Positions 1 to 11,845 of a stretch of DNA of 64,000 nt are shown piece after piece (within the stretch, counting starts at the first letter, position 1; each line of letters begins with the position of its first letter). The position numbers and the translations under genes were made by a program. Under the pieces are notes generated by a model. It ran no database searches. It was not told where the DNA came from and worked only from the letters and a program-made list of their open reading frames with translations. This DNA is from Eledone cirrhosa (lineage: Eukaryota), in the NCBI GenBank assembly GCA_964016885.1, contig OZ024763.1:9300001-9364000 (forward strand). The letters run 5' to 3'.

Positions 1-435
1 GAATTTCATTAGAAATGCAATCATAAAATGGTTACAATGAATAATAATTGAAAAAAAAAAAAAGAGAAAATTTACATTTTTCAGATGATGTCTTGTGGTG
101 TTTTCATTTTAACATCCTATCTGGAATATTCCATCTGCTTGTCTATCTGTCTCCTGTCAGTCTCTCTGTCCATCCACTTGTCTGTATATATGTCTCCACT
201 TAGTCTCCATTTGTTTGTTTGTCCTGTGTCTGTTGACTAAATGTAATAACACCCCCACACAACACAACAACATATACACAAACACAAATACATCAATACA
301 CAAACACACACCAAACAAGCTGGATATATTAGTAATTTAAGGCTTGTCAAAGTAGCAAAAACGATTAAAAATTGACAAATCATACAAGTATGTGTGTGTG
401 TGCATGTGTTTATGTTTTAAATATTTGTATATATA

Positions 436-1105
436 CTAGCGACCGACATCCCAGCCTTCATCTCGGTTTGTACTGAGATGATATTGTCATCTGTGGTAAT
501 GCCCATTTTCCTTAAAATAAGGAATGTTAAAAGGTATCTAAATATTGCATAATATACATTTTAAAAACTTATTTAGAATATCTAAATACAGAAAGTAATA
601 ATGAAAACAATAGAAAAATGTATTCTACAAAAATTGTAAAACATTTACAGATCTTCAGTGTTTACAATGCTTTTAACATTTTCCTTTGGGGCATATATGA
701 AAAGTTTGTGGGGTCTTCCTACTCTGGAATAGCCTACATATAATTGATGAACTGAGAAACAGCCTTCTTCTAGATGGAGACCAACAATCTGCAGTGTTTG
801 ACCTTGGGACTTGTTGATGGTCATTGCGTACACAACACTTAATGAGAATTGCAATCATTTGAAACGAAAGAGGAGATACGTTGGTATTAGCGGTATTCTA
901 GGTGTAAATATGAGGTCTCCCTTACAACATTCAGTGAGGATTTTTTGGCTTCAATAATGTGAGGCTGTAGTTCAGTCACAACCATACGTGACGCATTGCA
1001 CAATCTTGGCTGATCCAAGTTTGTGAGAAGAAATGGTGAATGTGCCTTTCTTTTCAAGGTTATTGGGATTATGAATAGCTACATCCATGTCGACAACTTT
1101 GTCAA
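436..1105 (-). mobile_element. Helitron 3' fragment (PIF1-type helicase C-terminus plus CTAG end)
   Basis: ORF 645..854 reads YAMTINKSQGQTL...HQLYVGYSRVG (late Pif1 helicase motifs); upstream frames are broken; minus-strand end ...gtcggtcgCTAG|T at 436-439. Confidence 0.85.
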
Positions 1106-1146
1106 TAGAATATGTGTGTGTGTGTAGATATGTATATATATATATA

Positions 1147-1481
1147 TCATCATTTCATTTTACGTCCGCTTTTTCCCTGCTTGCAAGGGTGGGACAGGAA
1201 CTGATGCTGGCTTGATTTCTACAGCTAGATGCCCTTCCTAACACCAACCTCATTTACAGTGAGTGCTGGGTGCTTTTTTTCCGTGGCACCTACACGACCA
1301 CTTTGTAGTGGAATGATAGGGACCCCAGTCCCTATCATCTCATTTCTACAGCTGAGTAAACTGGAGCAATGTGAAATAAAGTGTCTTGCTCAAGGAAACA
1401 ACACATTACCCAGTCTGAGAATTGAACTCACAACCTTTTGATTGCAAGGCCAATGCTCTAACCACTAAGCCATGTGCCTCC
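1147..1481 (-). mobile_element. tRNA-derived SINE (octopus OK-like) with RTE-derived 3' tail
   Basis: Minus-strand head has A box tggcttagtgg and B box gagttcaatt; tail ends cggacgtaaaatgaaatgatga; second copy at 58227-58514; flanked by (TA)n. Confidence 0.85.
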
Positions 1482-1492
1482 ATTATATATAT

Positions 1493-1711
1493 ATCATCAT
1501 CATCATTTTACGTCCGCTTTTCCTTGCTTGCAAGGGTGGGACGGGTCTTATTCAGCACAGCATCTCTCCACTCGTCACGGTCCTTCGTCATCTCCACCGT
1601 GAGCTTCAATGATCTGAGGTATGTTCTCACCACCTTCGCCCATGTTTTTCGTGGTCTACCTCTACCACGTCTTCCTTCAACTGGCATTTCCTGGCACTTC
1701 TTCACCCATAC
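1493..1711 (-). mobile_element. RTE LINE extreme 3' fragment
   Basis: ORF 1508..1705 VEGRRGRGRPRKTW...DRDEWR is the typical RTE C-terminus; (TGA)n tail. Confidence 0.85.
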
Positions 1712-1819
1712 TTAGGCAGCGAGTTCGCGGTAATTCCTATGTAGGTTATACTTGGAGTAATAATAGTGAAAGAATGAAGAGTAACGTGGTTGGCTGTACA
1801 ACAAGGGGCTTTATTTCAG

Positions 1820-1930
1820 GTATTAACAATTGTTTCATTGATCAGATGAGTCTAGAAGCCGCTAATCGCTCGAAGTTGCGTCACTCGATCTCCATTACAT
1901 TATTTACCTCTGATCAAATCCTCAGAATAC
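1820..1930 (-). ncRNA. Type I minimal hammerhead ribozyme in the 3' pseudo-LTR (GUU site)
   Basis: Minus strand: gtatt-CTGAGGA-tttgatcaga...tctgatcaat-GAAA-caatt-GTT-aatac; stem I gtatt/aatac, stem II ttgatcaga/tctgatcaa, palindromic stem III acaattgt. Confidence 0.7.
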
Positions 1931-2489
1931 AAAAATAATTAATACAAGGCAAAATATATATAGAGAAATAGCGTATAATCCAAACAATAACATGAATAAT
2001 AAAATATAAATGATAAATAGGTAGAGAAGTTGTAAAAAGTAAAAGATAAGAAAAAAGATACAGTAAAAAAGGAAAAATAATAGAAATATAAAGAAATAAG
2101 GATAAGTGAGAGCATATAAGTACAGAATATGATAGTGGTGGTGGTGAGTAAGTGTCCATATAAGGATTCTGTGGTGGGTTTAGTGCTAACATGGAAAGTC
2201 ATATTCGAAACATATATAGATACCTGTAGAGAGTCTGAGGTAGTGACAGATAAAAGAAAAAGCAATAAATTAGAGATTAATTGGGAGATACTAGTATGAG
2301 ACCCAAGGGCTAAGGATGGATGGTGAAGGGATGTTTGACAAATGTGTGTGGTAAATGTTTTGCTGATTGTCTTGTCTTAATGGGGTTGATGCAGTTTCAG
2401 GGAGAGAGGGTGAAAGAGATGTTAAGAGATTTATGATCTAGTGACCAGTTGGCCGTTTGACAGCTAATAGCGGTGTGATGGTGTATTTT

Positions 2490-4959
2490 CCATACTTAAA
2501 ATCCAGGTGGTTCAGTTCTAATTTTGGGATTGCTGGCTCGAATCACAGTGGTTTGAAATTTGTGAACTTGGTAGCTATTTTATGCCTACAGAAAATTGAT
2601 CTTTCTATTTTGCTGTTAAGCAGCATCTTATCGTACCTTAAAATATGGAATAGCTCCATATTACAAAGTCTGCAGAGGGACATCCCATTGTTGTAGGCTC
2701 TTGTTTCTGATAATTTTGACCAGCTAGTCCCATATTCCTGGTTTGTGTTTTTAAACTACCAGATATTATTGGCGAGCTTTGTAGAGTTCTCCAGTCTACG
2801 GTTCTTCATGGAGCGTCTGTGAATGTACCATCTTTTTCTGAACTCCCCAGCCGTGGAACCTATGTAGTGCCAAGTAAAGTTGCCTGAATTTACAGTTTAC
2901 AGGTACACCATACTTGAATCCAGGCATCTATTTTGTAGTGGGCACTTATCCGGTAGGTGGCAGTTACAGTTGGAAGCTTTTCTGTGTGCAGGTTCTCCGT
3001 TACGGTTTTGTATGTTGTTGTGGGTGGGTTGAGATTTAGGCCTATTAGTGTTTTGTTGTGATGCGCCCTGGTGTGTTTGTGGTTGCGATGTTATGTGTTT
3101 GTGGTTGCGATGTTATGTGTTTGTGGTTGCGATGTTATGTGTTTGCGTTTTGTATTTGGTGCTATGGTGTATGATGGTAGGTTATTTTCTTTAGAGATAT
3201 TTTTGTGGTTGATTTTATGTATGTGTGATTCTATGTTGGCTGCAGTAGAGTAAGATAGTTTGATAGTTCTTCTATTAAAGATTCTATGGTATTTGTGTAG
3301 TTTAGGCAAGTGTTTGTCGATTAGCTTAAAGAATGTAGGAGGTAGTTTGGCTTGTATAGAGGAGTTGAATATTGGATTGAACCATAAGTATTTTCTATCT
3401 CTGGATCTTCTATAGTTCTTAAGGGTCCTTATATTAGTGTTCGGTTCAGTTATTTTTGGTGCTCATTGTCAAATTCTATACTTAGTCCTATGTCTGTTAT
3501 TTCTATAGGTGTGGGTAGTGTAGTTGTCGTTAGGTTTGTTGCTGCTGTCTCTATCTGGTATGTATTCCAGCCCCTCTTTATGTCCTGCCTTATGTAAAGC
3601 TATGTTATAATAGTTTGCGTGTTCATTAAAAATTTCTAGGTTCGAAGATAGGCGGGATATTCTGATGGATATACTATGTGCTATGGAGTTAATTATGGAT
3701 CGGGGGGTGATTTGAGTTATAACTAATGTAGGCTAGATTCTCGTTATTTTTATGGAAGGGCTCTACTAATCCTGTGTTTAGGTTGAGTGTTACATCTAAG
3801 AAGTTTACTTTTTTTAGAGTTAAGTTCGAAAGATGTTTTTTTGTAATGTTTCCTTGTTTTGATTATTTAAGTTTTTGGCTAAAAGGAGTGTGTCGTCTCT
3901 ATAAATTCCTCCCTGGAGGTTATTGAATTCCTTATGTAAGTTGTGCGCTATATATATTCCCACCTAGAACGTTACCTGTGCTGAGTCATTAGATCCCATT
4001 GTGATATCGAAGTTATTCTGTCTGTTTTTTCGTTCCCAGTAACTATTTTCGAATCTTATGATAGTTCTCCTAGCAGCTAGTATTATTTTAATTTCATCCG
4101 AGGTAAGGTCCAAATTTTTCTGGGCAAAGGTTAGCGCTTTATCTAGGGTGACTGGGGATATGGATGAGTAGTAGTCATTAATGTCGAACTGTACGAAGTT
4201 GGATGTTTCTCTACTGTCTATTTTGCTGAACCAGTCTATTGCTTCGTTAGTGTTACCCTATAGCTTAATTACTAGTTTGTCCTTGATTTGTGCGATTACT
4301 CTATCTAGTGTATACTTGCTAATTCTACCAATATCCGACTTCGATGGGCATATTAATTTAATTGCGGGGTCTGTTTCAAAATTATTTTGTGATCCTTTAG
4401 GTTAAATGTGGTGTTACAAGGGGTTAGAGGCTCGGTTCTATCAGATATTTTCAGTTTTTTTACTATGCTAAGTCCTTCCTTATTAATGCTAGTGAGTGCA
4501 GATGCTGTTGTTTTTTTTTTGTATTTTTTGTGCAGTTCACGGCGTATAAAATTATTGTATGTATTAAGGCTCATGGTGTACACGTTTGATGTTTTGTCCG
4601 CTTTTACTATAATACCATTGGTGTTGTGTAGTTATTTTAGTAGTGCATTGATGTCGTTTTGCAGTTTGCTGTGATGTGTCCGTTCTTTGAATTTAGTTTC
4701 ACTTATCATTTTTATGAGGTCGAGTTCGAAGGGGTTTATTCGGTGAATTTTTGTGGGATTTGAATCCGTATTTTTCCTTAGTAAATTCCTCCGTGTTATT
4801 AGCGCGTCCTTTATCATAATGATATGCCTTCCATCGGATTCGACGGATGAAATCATTAGTACGCTGTATCATGCCGAGTTTGTAGTCCTTGTTTGTAGGT
4901 ATAGGTATGTTTTTCAATGACATGCCTATGTGGTGCTTTTCCATGTTAGTGCCATGCAT
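2490..4959 (-). pseudogene. Penelope RT plus GIY-YIG endonuclease ORF, frameshifted
   Basis: Fragments 4699..4959, 4632..4856, 4353..4583 and 3091..3309 plus hand-translated YRDD and VY/YIG motifs; multiple stops and frameshifts. Confidence 0.85.
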
Positions 4960-5213
4960 TAAGGTTGTTGCTCAACCTAGTGGGAGCTGGGAATATGGAG
5001 TAACAAGTTATCATTATAGGTAATCCAGTTAGAGGTTGTGAGTACTCTGCGTTGTGGATAGTTTTAATGTACGGTTTTATTTAACTCAACAAGATGTATC
5101 CATAGTTAGGCAGCGAGTTTGCGGTAATTCCTATGTAGGTTATACTTAGAGTAATAATAGTGAAAGAATGAAGAGTAACATGGTTGGCTGTACAACAAGG
5201 GGATTTATTTCAG

Positions 5214-5324
5214 GTATTGACAATTGTTTCATTGATCAGGTGAGTCTAGAGGCCGCTAATCGCTTGAAGTTGCATCACTCGATCTCCATTACATTATTTA
5301 CCTCTGATCAAATCCTCAGAATAC
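5214..5324 (-). ncRNA. Type I minimal hammerhead ribozyme in the 5' pseudo-LTR (canonical GUC site)
   Basis: Minus strand: gtatt-CTGAGGA-tttgatcag...ctgatcaat-GAAA-caatt-GTC-aatac. Confidence 0.75.
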
Positions 5325-5625
5325 AAAAATAATTCATAAAAGGCAAAATATATATAGAGAAATAACGTGTAATCAAAACAATAACATCAATAAAAAATAT
5401 ATATATGATAAATAGGTAGAGAAGTTGTAAAAAGTAAAAGATAAGAAAAAAGATACAGTAAAAAAGGAAAATAATAAAAATATAAAGAAATAAGGATAAG
5501 TGAGAGCATATAAGTACAGAATATGATAGTGGTGGTGGTGAGTAAGTGTTCATATAAGGATTCTGTGGTGGGTTTAGTGCTAACATGGAAAGTCATATTC
5601 GAAACATATATAGATACGTGTAGAG

Positions 5626-6286
5626 CACAGGTTCTCAACCCATTTAGGCCAAACGCCCCCTTTTGTCCCTCGAAATCACGAAACGCCCCCCCCCCCCCTA
5701 TTTTTTCACTTTTTCAATATACTACTGATTTTTATATCAGTAGATTACTAAAAAATTTGATTAACAATATTCCAAAGGTGTGCATTATCTGATTATGTGT
5801 TGTATGTGGTCTTAGATGTGTGTTCTACTCGCTTCTGTTTTTTTCTTTTCTTTTTTTATTTGTAATATTATTTATACAATAGGGAATAAAATAGATCTAC
5901 ATAGTGTTAACTCGTTACGGTTGAGTCAATAATTTCAGACATGAAATACATTGTATTGGTGAAGGAAAGATAAGATTCTAACTGGCTGCACTCAAAGTGT
6001 CTTTGACCCAGTTGACTGTGGGTTTTTCCATTTTTAGTATCTCAATTACCGGTTAACGTCTCAATTACCAGACACGCCTGCACACCTGCTCACAGCTACG
6101 GTCAGACTATAGTTATGCTATCTGCAAGCTCATTCAAACCGCAGCTGTGAGCAGGTGTGCAGGCATGTCCGGTAATTGAGACGTTAACAGGTAATTGAGA
6201 TCCTAAAAATGGAAAAACCCAGCACCCCCCTAACTCCTTCCCCCAGCTCCAACCCCCCCCCCCCCCCCCCCCGTTGAGAACCTTTG
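5626..6286. mobile_element. Non-autonomous hAT (Charlie-like) element inserted in the Penelope 5' pseudo-LTR
   Basis: 8-bp TSD gtgtagag at 5618-5625 and 6287-6294; TIRs cacaggttctcaac / gttgagaacctttg; empty site visible near 2225. Confidence 0.9.
6020..6220. repeat. About 83-bp-arm imperfect inverted repeat inside the hAT element (possible nested MITE)
   Basis: gggtttttccatttttag...cacagctacggt mirrored by accgcagctgtg...ctaaaaatggaaaaaccc. Confidence 0.85.
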
Positions 6287-6884
6287 GTGTAGAGAGTCTG
6301 AGGTAGTGACAGATAAAAGAAAAAGTAATAAATTAATGATTAATTGGGAGATACTAGTATGAGACCCAAGGGCTAAGGATGGATGGTGAAGGGATGTTTG
6401 ACAAATGTGTGTGGTAAATGTTATGCTGATTGTCTTGTCTTAATGAGGTTGATGCGGTTTCAGGGAAAGAGGGTGAAAGAGATGCTAAGAGATTTATGAT
6501 CTAGTGACCAGTTGGCCGTTTGATAGCTAATAGTGGTGTGATGGTGTTTATTCCATATTTTAAGGTACGATAAGATATTGCTTAACAGCAAAAGATCAAT
6601 TTTCTGTAGGCATAAAATAGCTACCAGATTCACAAATTTCAAACCACCGTGATTCGAGCCAGCAAACCCAAAATTAAAACTGAACCACCTGGATGTTAAC
6701 GTATTACACCCGGACAGTGTACAATTGCGTTCAAGACGGATTCAATGATAGATATGTAAACAGGTTGGCAAATTGTGAGGTAGGTAAACAGGTAGATAGA
6801 TAGGTTGGAAGACAGACAGATACAGAGGTTGGTAGGTAGGTAGATGGACAGACAGTCATAGATATGTAGATAGAGGAGGGGAAT

Positions 6885-7290
6885 TGTTGCGGAACTACTA
6901 CATACCTTGCAACAACAATGTTTCACGTGATTTGGTTAAACAAATCAATCGTATCAGATCGCGTATGAATACATTGTTGCCTCCTCCTTATAAAACCCGG
7001 TTCACCAGAGATAACTCTCCTGGCCAGCAAGAGAAGACGTACTACGGAGTAGCTCCTACATATTCTTCGTATTTTCCTGTGAAGAGGAACTAAATATTTA
7101 TCAATGAGACATATTCAACGTTTCCTGTTCTATTCTAGACAGTATTTGCCTAGCTTCAACCTATTGGCCAGTAATTGCTTTCATTTCTTATATCTTCCTA
7201 TGTATATAAATTCGGCCTTCTAACAATAAATATATGTTTATATCGAATTGAGTGTTAAAAATATAATTATCTCTACATGGATGTCAGAAG
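6885..7290 (+). mobile_element. Orphan LTR (TG...CA) followed by a PBS-like sequence
   Basis: Starts tgttgcgg, has TATA-like tataaaa near 6988 and aataaa near 7225, ends ctaca at 7277; next is tggatgtcagaag, close to the tRNA-Leu-type PBS TGGTGTCAGAAG. Confidence 0.6.
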
Positions 7291-7640
7291 GACATTGCCT
7301 CGTGGACCCATGTTTTTGTCAGAAATGACGCAGTAAGAAGTCCTTCAACTCCACCTTACTCCGGACCCTATCATGTGCTAGCACGTACAGACAAACATTT
7401 CACCATTGACTTTAATAGACATAGAGACACAGTCTCTATTGACAGACTGAAGCAGGCCTACACAGATGCTCTCACTATAGAGCCTCACACTCCTCCCTCC
7501 TACACTGTGTCAATACAAACACCACCACAAGCACCACAATTTCAAACACACACTCCTTCAGAAGGACCACACTAAACAAGGTCTATAAATGTTTCAACCT
7601 GTAATTATTAATAGGCATTTAACTCTTTTCATTGTAAAAT
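7290..7640 (+). repeat. About 350-bp direct repeat of 11493-11845 (Gypsy integrase tail plus 3' noncoding)
   Basis: Near-identical by eye (about four substitutions and one 2-bp indel); ORF 7375..7575 equals the C-terminus of ORF 11368..11778. Confidence 0.95.
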
Positions 7641-10600
7641 GGTGACCCCAACAACGAACAATATTTCTTCGCACATGGAATTCTCAGTCAATATGGCCGC
7701 CTACTTTGGGTTTCTTCATTAGTCTTTTCGTGCGTTTTCATGACACAAAACTATTTTCCAAAATGGCGTCGCCCATTCTTGTTTACCTATTCCCGCGCAT
7801 TCGTTTTGGTTTGTGTGTTTCAGACTTACAACCTTGAGTGACCAAACAGTGGCCTAATCGCGCACGGATAGATTATTGACATTATTGCACACGAGGAGTT
7901 ATTTAGCTGATTGTTTAACAGTCAAATAAAAAAAAAACGTTCTTCTTCTTTTCTTTCTGCCAAGGAAAGCAACCCTTACAATATCATTTTTATTAACGAT
8001 GGGAAGCAACTCTCGGCAGCATCCGAATTTGGCTCGCAGGAATCGAATCTTATTTTCAGGCCAATAATATATCTTCGGATACTTGACAGCTCCGTCTTTT
8101 ACTCAGTGCCATTCCCGTTTCCTTAACGCCAGCCGTTAAGGATTTAATCACTGACCTGTTGCCTGAAGCAGCTTACAATAGCGTTAAGGAAATTCTTCAG
8201 TGTACTTCTAGTCCAGCTGAAATAAAGTTCCATACTTTGGTAAACGATGAGCATCTTGGCGATCATCGGCCTACACAGCTCTTGCATAGAATGAGAGAGC
8301 TTGCAGAAGATTCACCAGCAGACAGCGTAATGATAAAGCAGTTGTTTTTCTCAAGGCTGCCACCTAATGTATAGGCCATTTTGGCACTGATGATGGTGAC
8401 CAGTTTGGCAGATCAACTAGCTTTGTCCGCCGATAAGATCGTAGACTATACCGGCAACTCTACCACTTCTACTCCGACGCAACTCACGGCAAATTCTTCT
8501 TCACCTTCGCCAATCGTATCGGTATCTACAAATGCTACATCACCCACTGAGGCAACGCTTAAGGCCATTCAAGAATTAACAAAAGAGGTGCAACTCCTAT
8601 GCTTCTCCAGGTCACAATCTCCCCGGCAATGGTTGCAAAATTGCTCTCACTCATCACATTGTCATTCTCAACCTTCGCCATTGCAATTATGCTGGTATCA
8701 TAGGCGTTTTTGAGCTGCGGCTGATAAGTGTATCCAGCTTTGTTCTTTTGTCAAACAGGGAAAAAAATTGCCGGAGAATTAAGCACGACACCTTCTCCAC
8801 AGTCTTACATGAACAGTCGCACGCTGTCTTATTGACACGGGTGCGTCATGCAGCATTTGGCCATTGAAGCTTTTGAAAGAGAAACTTCCTCTCTCACAGA
8901 TATCGTTACAAGCCGTCAACCATTCTGCTATTCCTACGTATGGATAAATCACTTGCTCTTTGGACCTGGATTTACATAGGGATTTTCACCATAACGGATT
9001 TGCCACATCCTATATTGGGTGCAGATTTTTTGCATCAAAATCCCATGGTTGATATGCGGACACGTTTATTGGAAACGACTACGAATCTTTCTGCACCTGG
9101 ACGTACACCAGTAATCCAGTCCATCACTCCAGTCTTCTTCATCGCTGCTTTGGATGACCCTTATCATGCGCTTTTACGTTCCTTTCCGCAATTAACTAAT
9201 CTGAACTTTGTGGTAGATACCCCTACTCACTCTACCAAGCATTATATTGAGACTAAGAGTGCTCCAGTTTATTCACACCCACGTCGTCTCTCTCCAGAAA
9301 ATTTGAAAGCAGCTAAGGCAGAGTTTAATCATATGCTGCAGTTGGGTATCGTTCGCGCTTCTTCCAGTCCGTGGGCCTCACCTTTACATATGGTTCTGAA
9401 ACGTTCGGGAGACCGGCGTCCCATTGGAGATTTTTGTAGATTGAATTCAATCACTGTGCCTGACCGTTATCCGATTCCTAACATCCAGGATTTTGCTTCT
9501 CTTCATGGATGTACCATTTTTTCCAAATTAGACTTGATTAAAGCTTACCAGTGAATCCTGTGGACATTCCTAAAACTGCTGTCACTACACCTTTCAGTGC
9601 ATACAAGTTTTTAACAATACCTTTCGGATTATGCAATGCTGCCAGTACCTTCCAGCGATTTATGGACTAAATCATCTGTGATTTAGACTTCATATACTGT
9701 TACATTGACGATATTCTCATGGCAAGTGCTTCACCGGAGAACCATATCTCACACCTCCACCAACTGTTTGAACAATTTAGGCAGTACCAAGTTCGTATTA
9801 ACCCTGCGAAGTGTGTTTTCGGCGCTGCCTCACTCGTCTTTTTGGGCCACGTGATTAACTCTGAAGGAATATCCCCACTTCCTGAGAAAGTGAAGGCTCT
9901 TCAGGAACTCCCGCCGCCTACTTCCTTGCAACAGCTGCAGCAGTTCCTGGGCCTCCTAAATTATTATCGCCGGTTTATTTCGCATTGCGCAGAACTCTTA
10001 GCTCCACTGTCTAATCTCTTACATAACAGAAAGAGGAAAAATGAACCTATCGCTTTGGGTCCCATACAGCTTGAGGCATTCTCCAAAGCTAAACAGAATT
10101 TAGCAAACGTATCTCTGCTTGCACACACCATGTCTGGTGCCCAGTTTTCACTGATTGTGGATGCATCAATCACAGCGGTAGGTGCAGTATTGCAACAGCA
10201 TTACCAACAATAGCTTCAACCACTTGCATTCTTTTCAAAGCAGCTAAATCCCGCCAAAGCACTTTCGGCTGCGAACTGTTAGCCATTTTCCTGGCTGTCA
10301 AACACTTTCGGCATTCACTGGAAGGCCAACAATTTACGATCTATACTGACCATCGTCTGCTTACGTTCACACTTTGTTCCAAGCTGGAGAAACACTCGCC
10401 TCGGGAAATCCGTCATTTGGACTTCTTTCCCAGTTTACGAACGACATTCGTCATATCCTTGGTGAAGAAAATACAGCGGTGGATTCCTTATCTCGCCTAC
10501 CCATCAATTCATTGTCAGCACCTGTGAATATTGACTTGCATCTTATGGCTGCAGAACAGCCCACCCTAGAGTCGTTGGATCTCTCTTCACTGGAATTAGA

Positions 10601-11845
10601 AACCTGCAAATTAAAATACCTGCCTGTACCCTTCGGACTCTCAGATTCTCTGTGATACTGTGACAGATTCACCTCACCCTCTGGTCCCAGAGGCTCATCG
10701 TCGAATAGTTTTCGACTCCCTACACAGTTTGGCACACCCTGGAATTTCAACCACAGTGAAACTCATTTCGGCTAGATTCTTCTGGCCAAATATGAGACGT
10801 GATATCACTGCTTGGTCACGTTCTGTTTGTCTTGTCAGAAGTTGAAGGTGCATAAGCATATTCGCGCACCCCTTGGCACATTTAGCACACCTGACGCAAG
10901 CTTTTGCCACATACATATCGATCTCGTGGGACCTTGGCCCATCAGTCATGGATATTCATAATCCTGACCTGTATTGATCGTTTCACCCGATGGCCATTCC
11001 TCTTAATGACATAACTGCCAAATCTGTAGCACGAGCCCTGGTTTCAGGATGGATATCGCGCTACGGAGTTCCTACCACTACTTCTACAGACTGTGGTAGG
11101 CAGTTCGAATCTCAACTTTTCACGGATCTATCAAATATCATCGGCGCTCAACGTATTCGTACTACCAGTTACCATCCTACATCTAATGGAATGGTGGAGC
11201 GTTTTCATTGCCAGTTGAAGGTCGCATTATGTGCCTATCTGGATACTCTACATTGGAGTGACTACCTCCCCATAGTACTACTTGGCATCCGCACTTCAGT
11301 TAAGGAGGACCTTAGATTCTCTCCAGCCGAGCTTTTGTATAGCACTCCTTTGTCTTTGCCTGGGTAGATGCTTGCCCCAGTTGATCTTTCTACTCAGGAT
11401 CCCATACTCTATGTGAACTGTTTGCGTTCGTATTTTCAAGCCCTGCCTCCTATGAACACTCAGCAACAAGCCGTTAAATTTTCGGTCCCGACGGACATTG
11501 CCTCGTGGACCCATGTTTTTGTCAGAAATGACGCAGTAAGAAGTCCTTCAACTCCACCTTACTCCGGACCCTATCATGTGCTAGCACGTACAGACAAACA
11601 TTTCACCATTGACTTTAATGGACATAGAGACACAGTCTCTATTGACAGACTGAAGCAGGCCTACACAGATGCTCTCACTATAGAGCCTCACACTCCTCCC
11701 TCCTACACTGTGTCAATACAAACACCACCGCAAGCACCACAAGTTCAAACACACACTCCTTCAGAAGGACCACACTAAACAAGGTCTATAAATGTTTCAA
11801 CCTGTAATTATTAATAGGCATTTAACTCTCTTTTCATTATAAAAT
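7640..11845 (+). mobile_element. Ty3/Gypsy internal region (PBS, gag, protease, RT, RNase H, integrase), decayed, no cognate LTRs
   Basis: PBS tggtgacccc (tRNA-Trp type) at 7640; gag LGDHRPTQLL...KQLFFSRLP and CWYH; protease LIDTGAS near 8830; RT SSPWASPLHMV...DRYPIP...YIDDIL; RNase H VDAS; integrase HSLAHPG, TDCGRQFES, SNGMVERFH and GPY. Confidence 0.95.

Larger units (their letters stand above)
1712..6696 (-). mobile_element. Penelope-like retroelement, near full length, decayed, with direct pseudo-LTRs and a 5' inversion
   Basis: Minus-strand frames give SLKNIPIP...FIRRIRWKA (N-term), QFDINDYYSSI, FDITMGS, GIYRDD (RT), then CNC..CPL..CL..VY...YIGST (GIY-YIG, about 2970-2760); 1712-2485 is repeated at 5106-5625 plus 6287-6547; about 2500-2652 recurs inverted at 6549-6695. 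Confidence 0.9.

Noticed and set aside
645-854. Host PIF1 helicase gene
   Set aside because: Fragmentary, intronless and followed by a Helitron CTAG terminus
1410-1481. tRNA gene
   Set aside because: The A and B boxes belong to a SINE head that continues into a SINE body and RTE tail; a second copy exists at 58.4 kb
6872-6884. Polypurine tract before the orphan LTR
   Set aside because: The paralogous empty site near 32805-32820 also has a G-rich run, so it is host flank
7290-7640. Conventional 5' LTR of the Gypsy element
   Set aside because: No TG...CA ends, no PPT before the 3' copy, and it is integrase-coding sequence; reported as an anomaly instead
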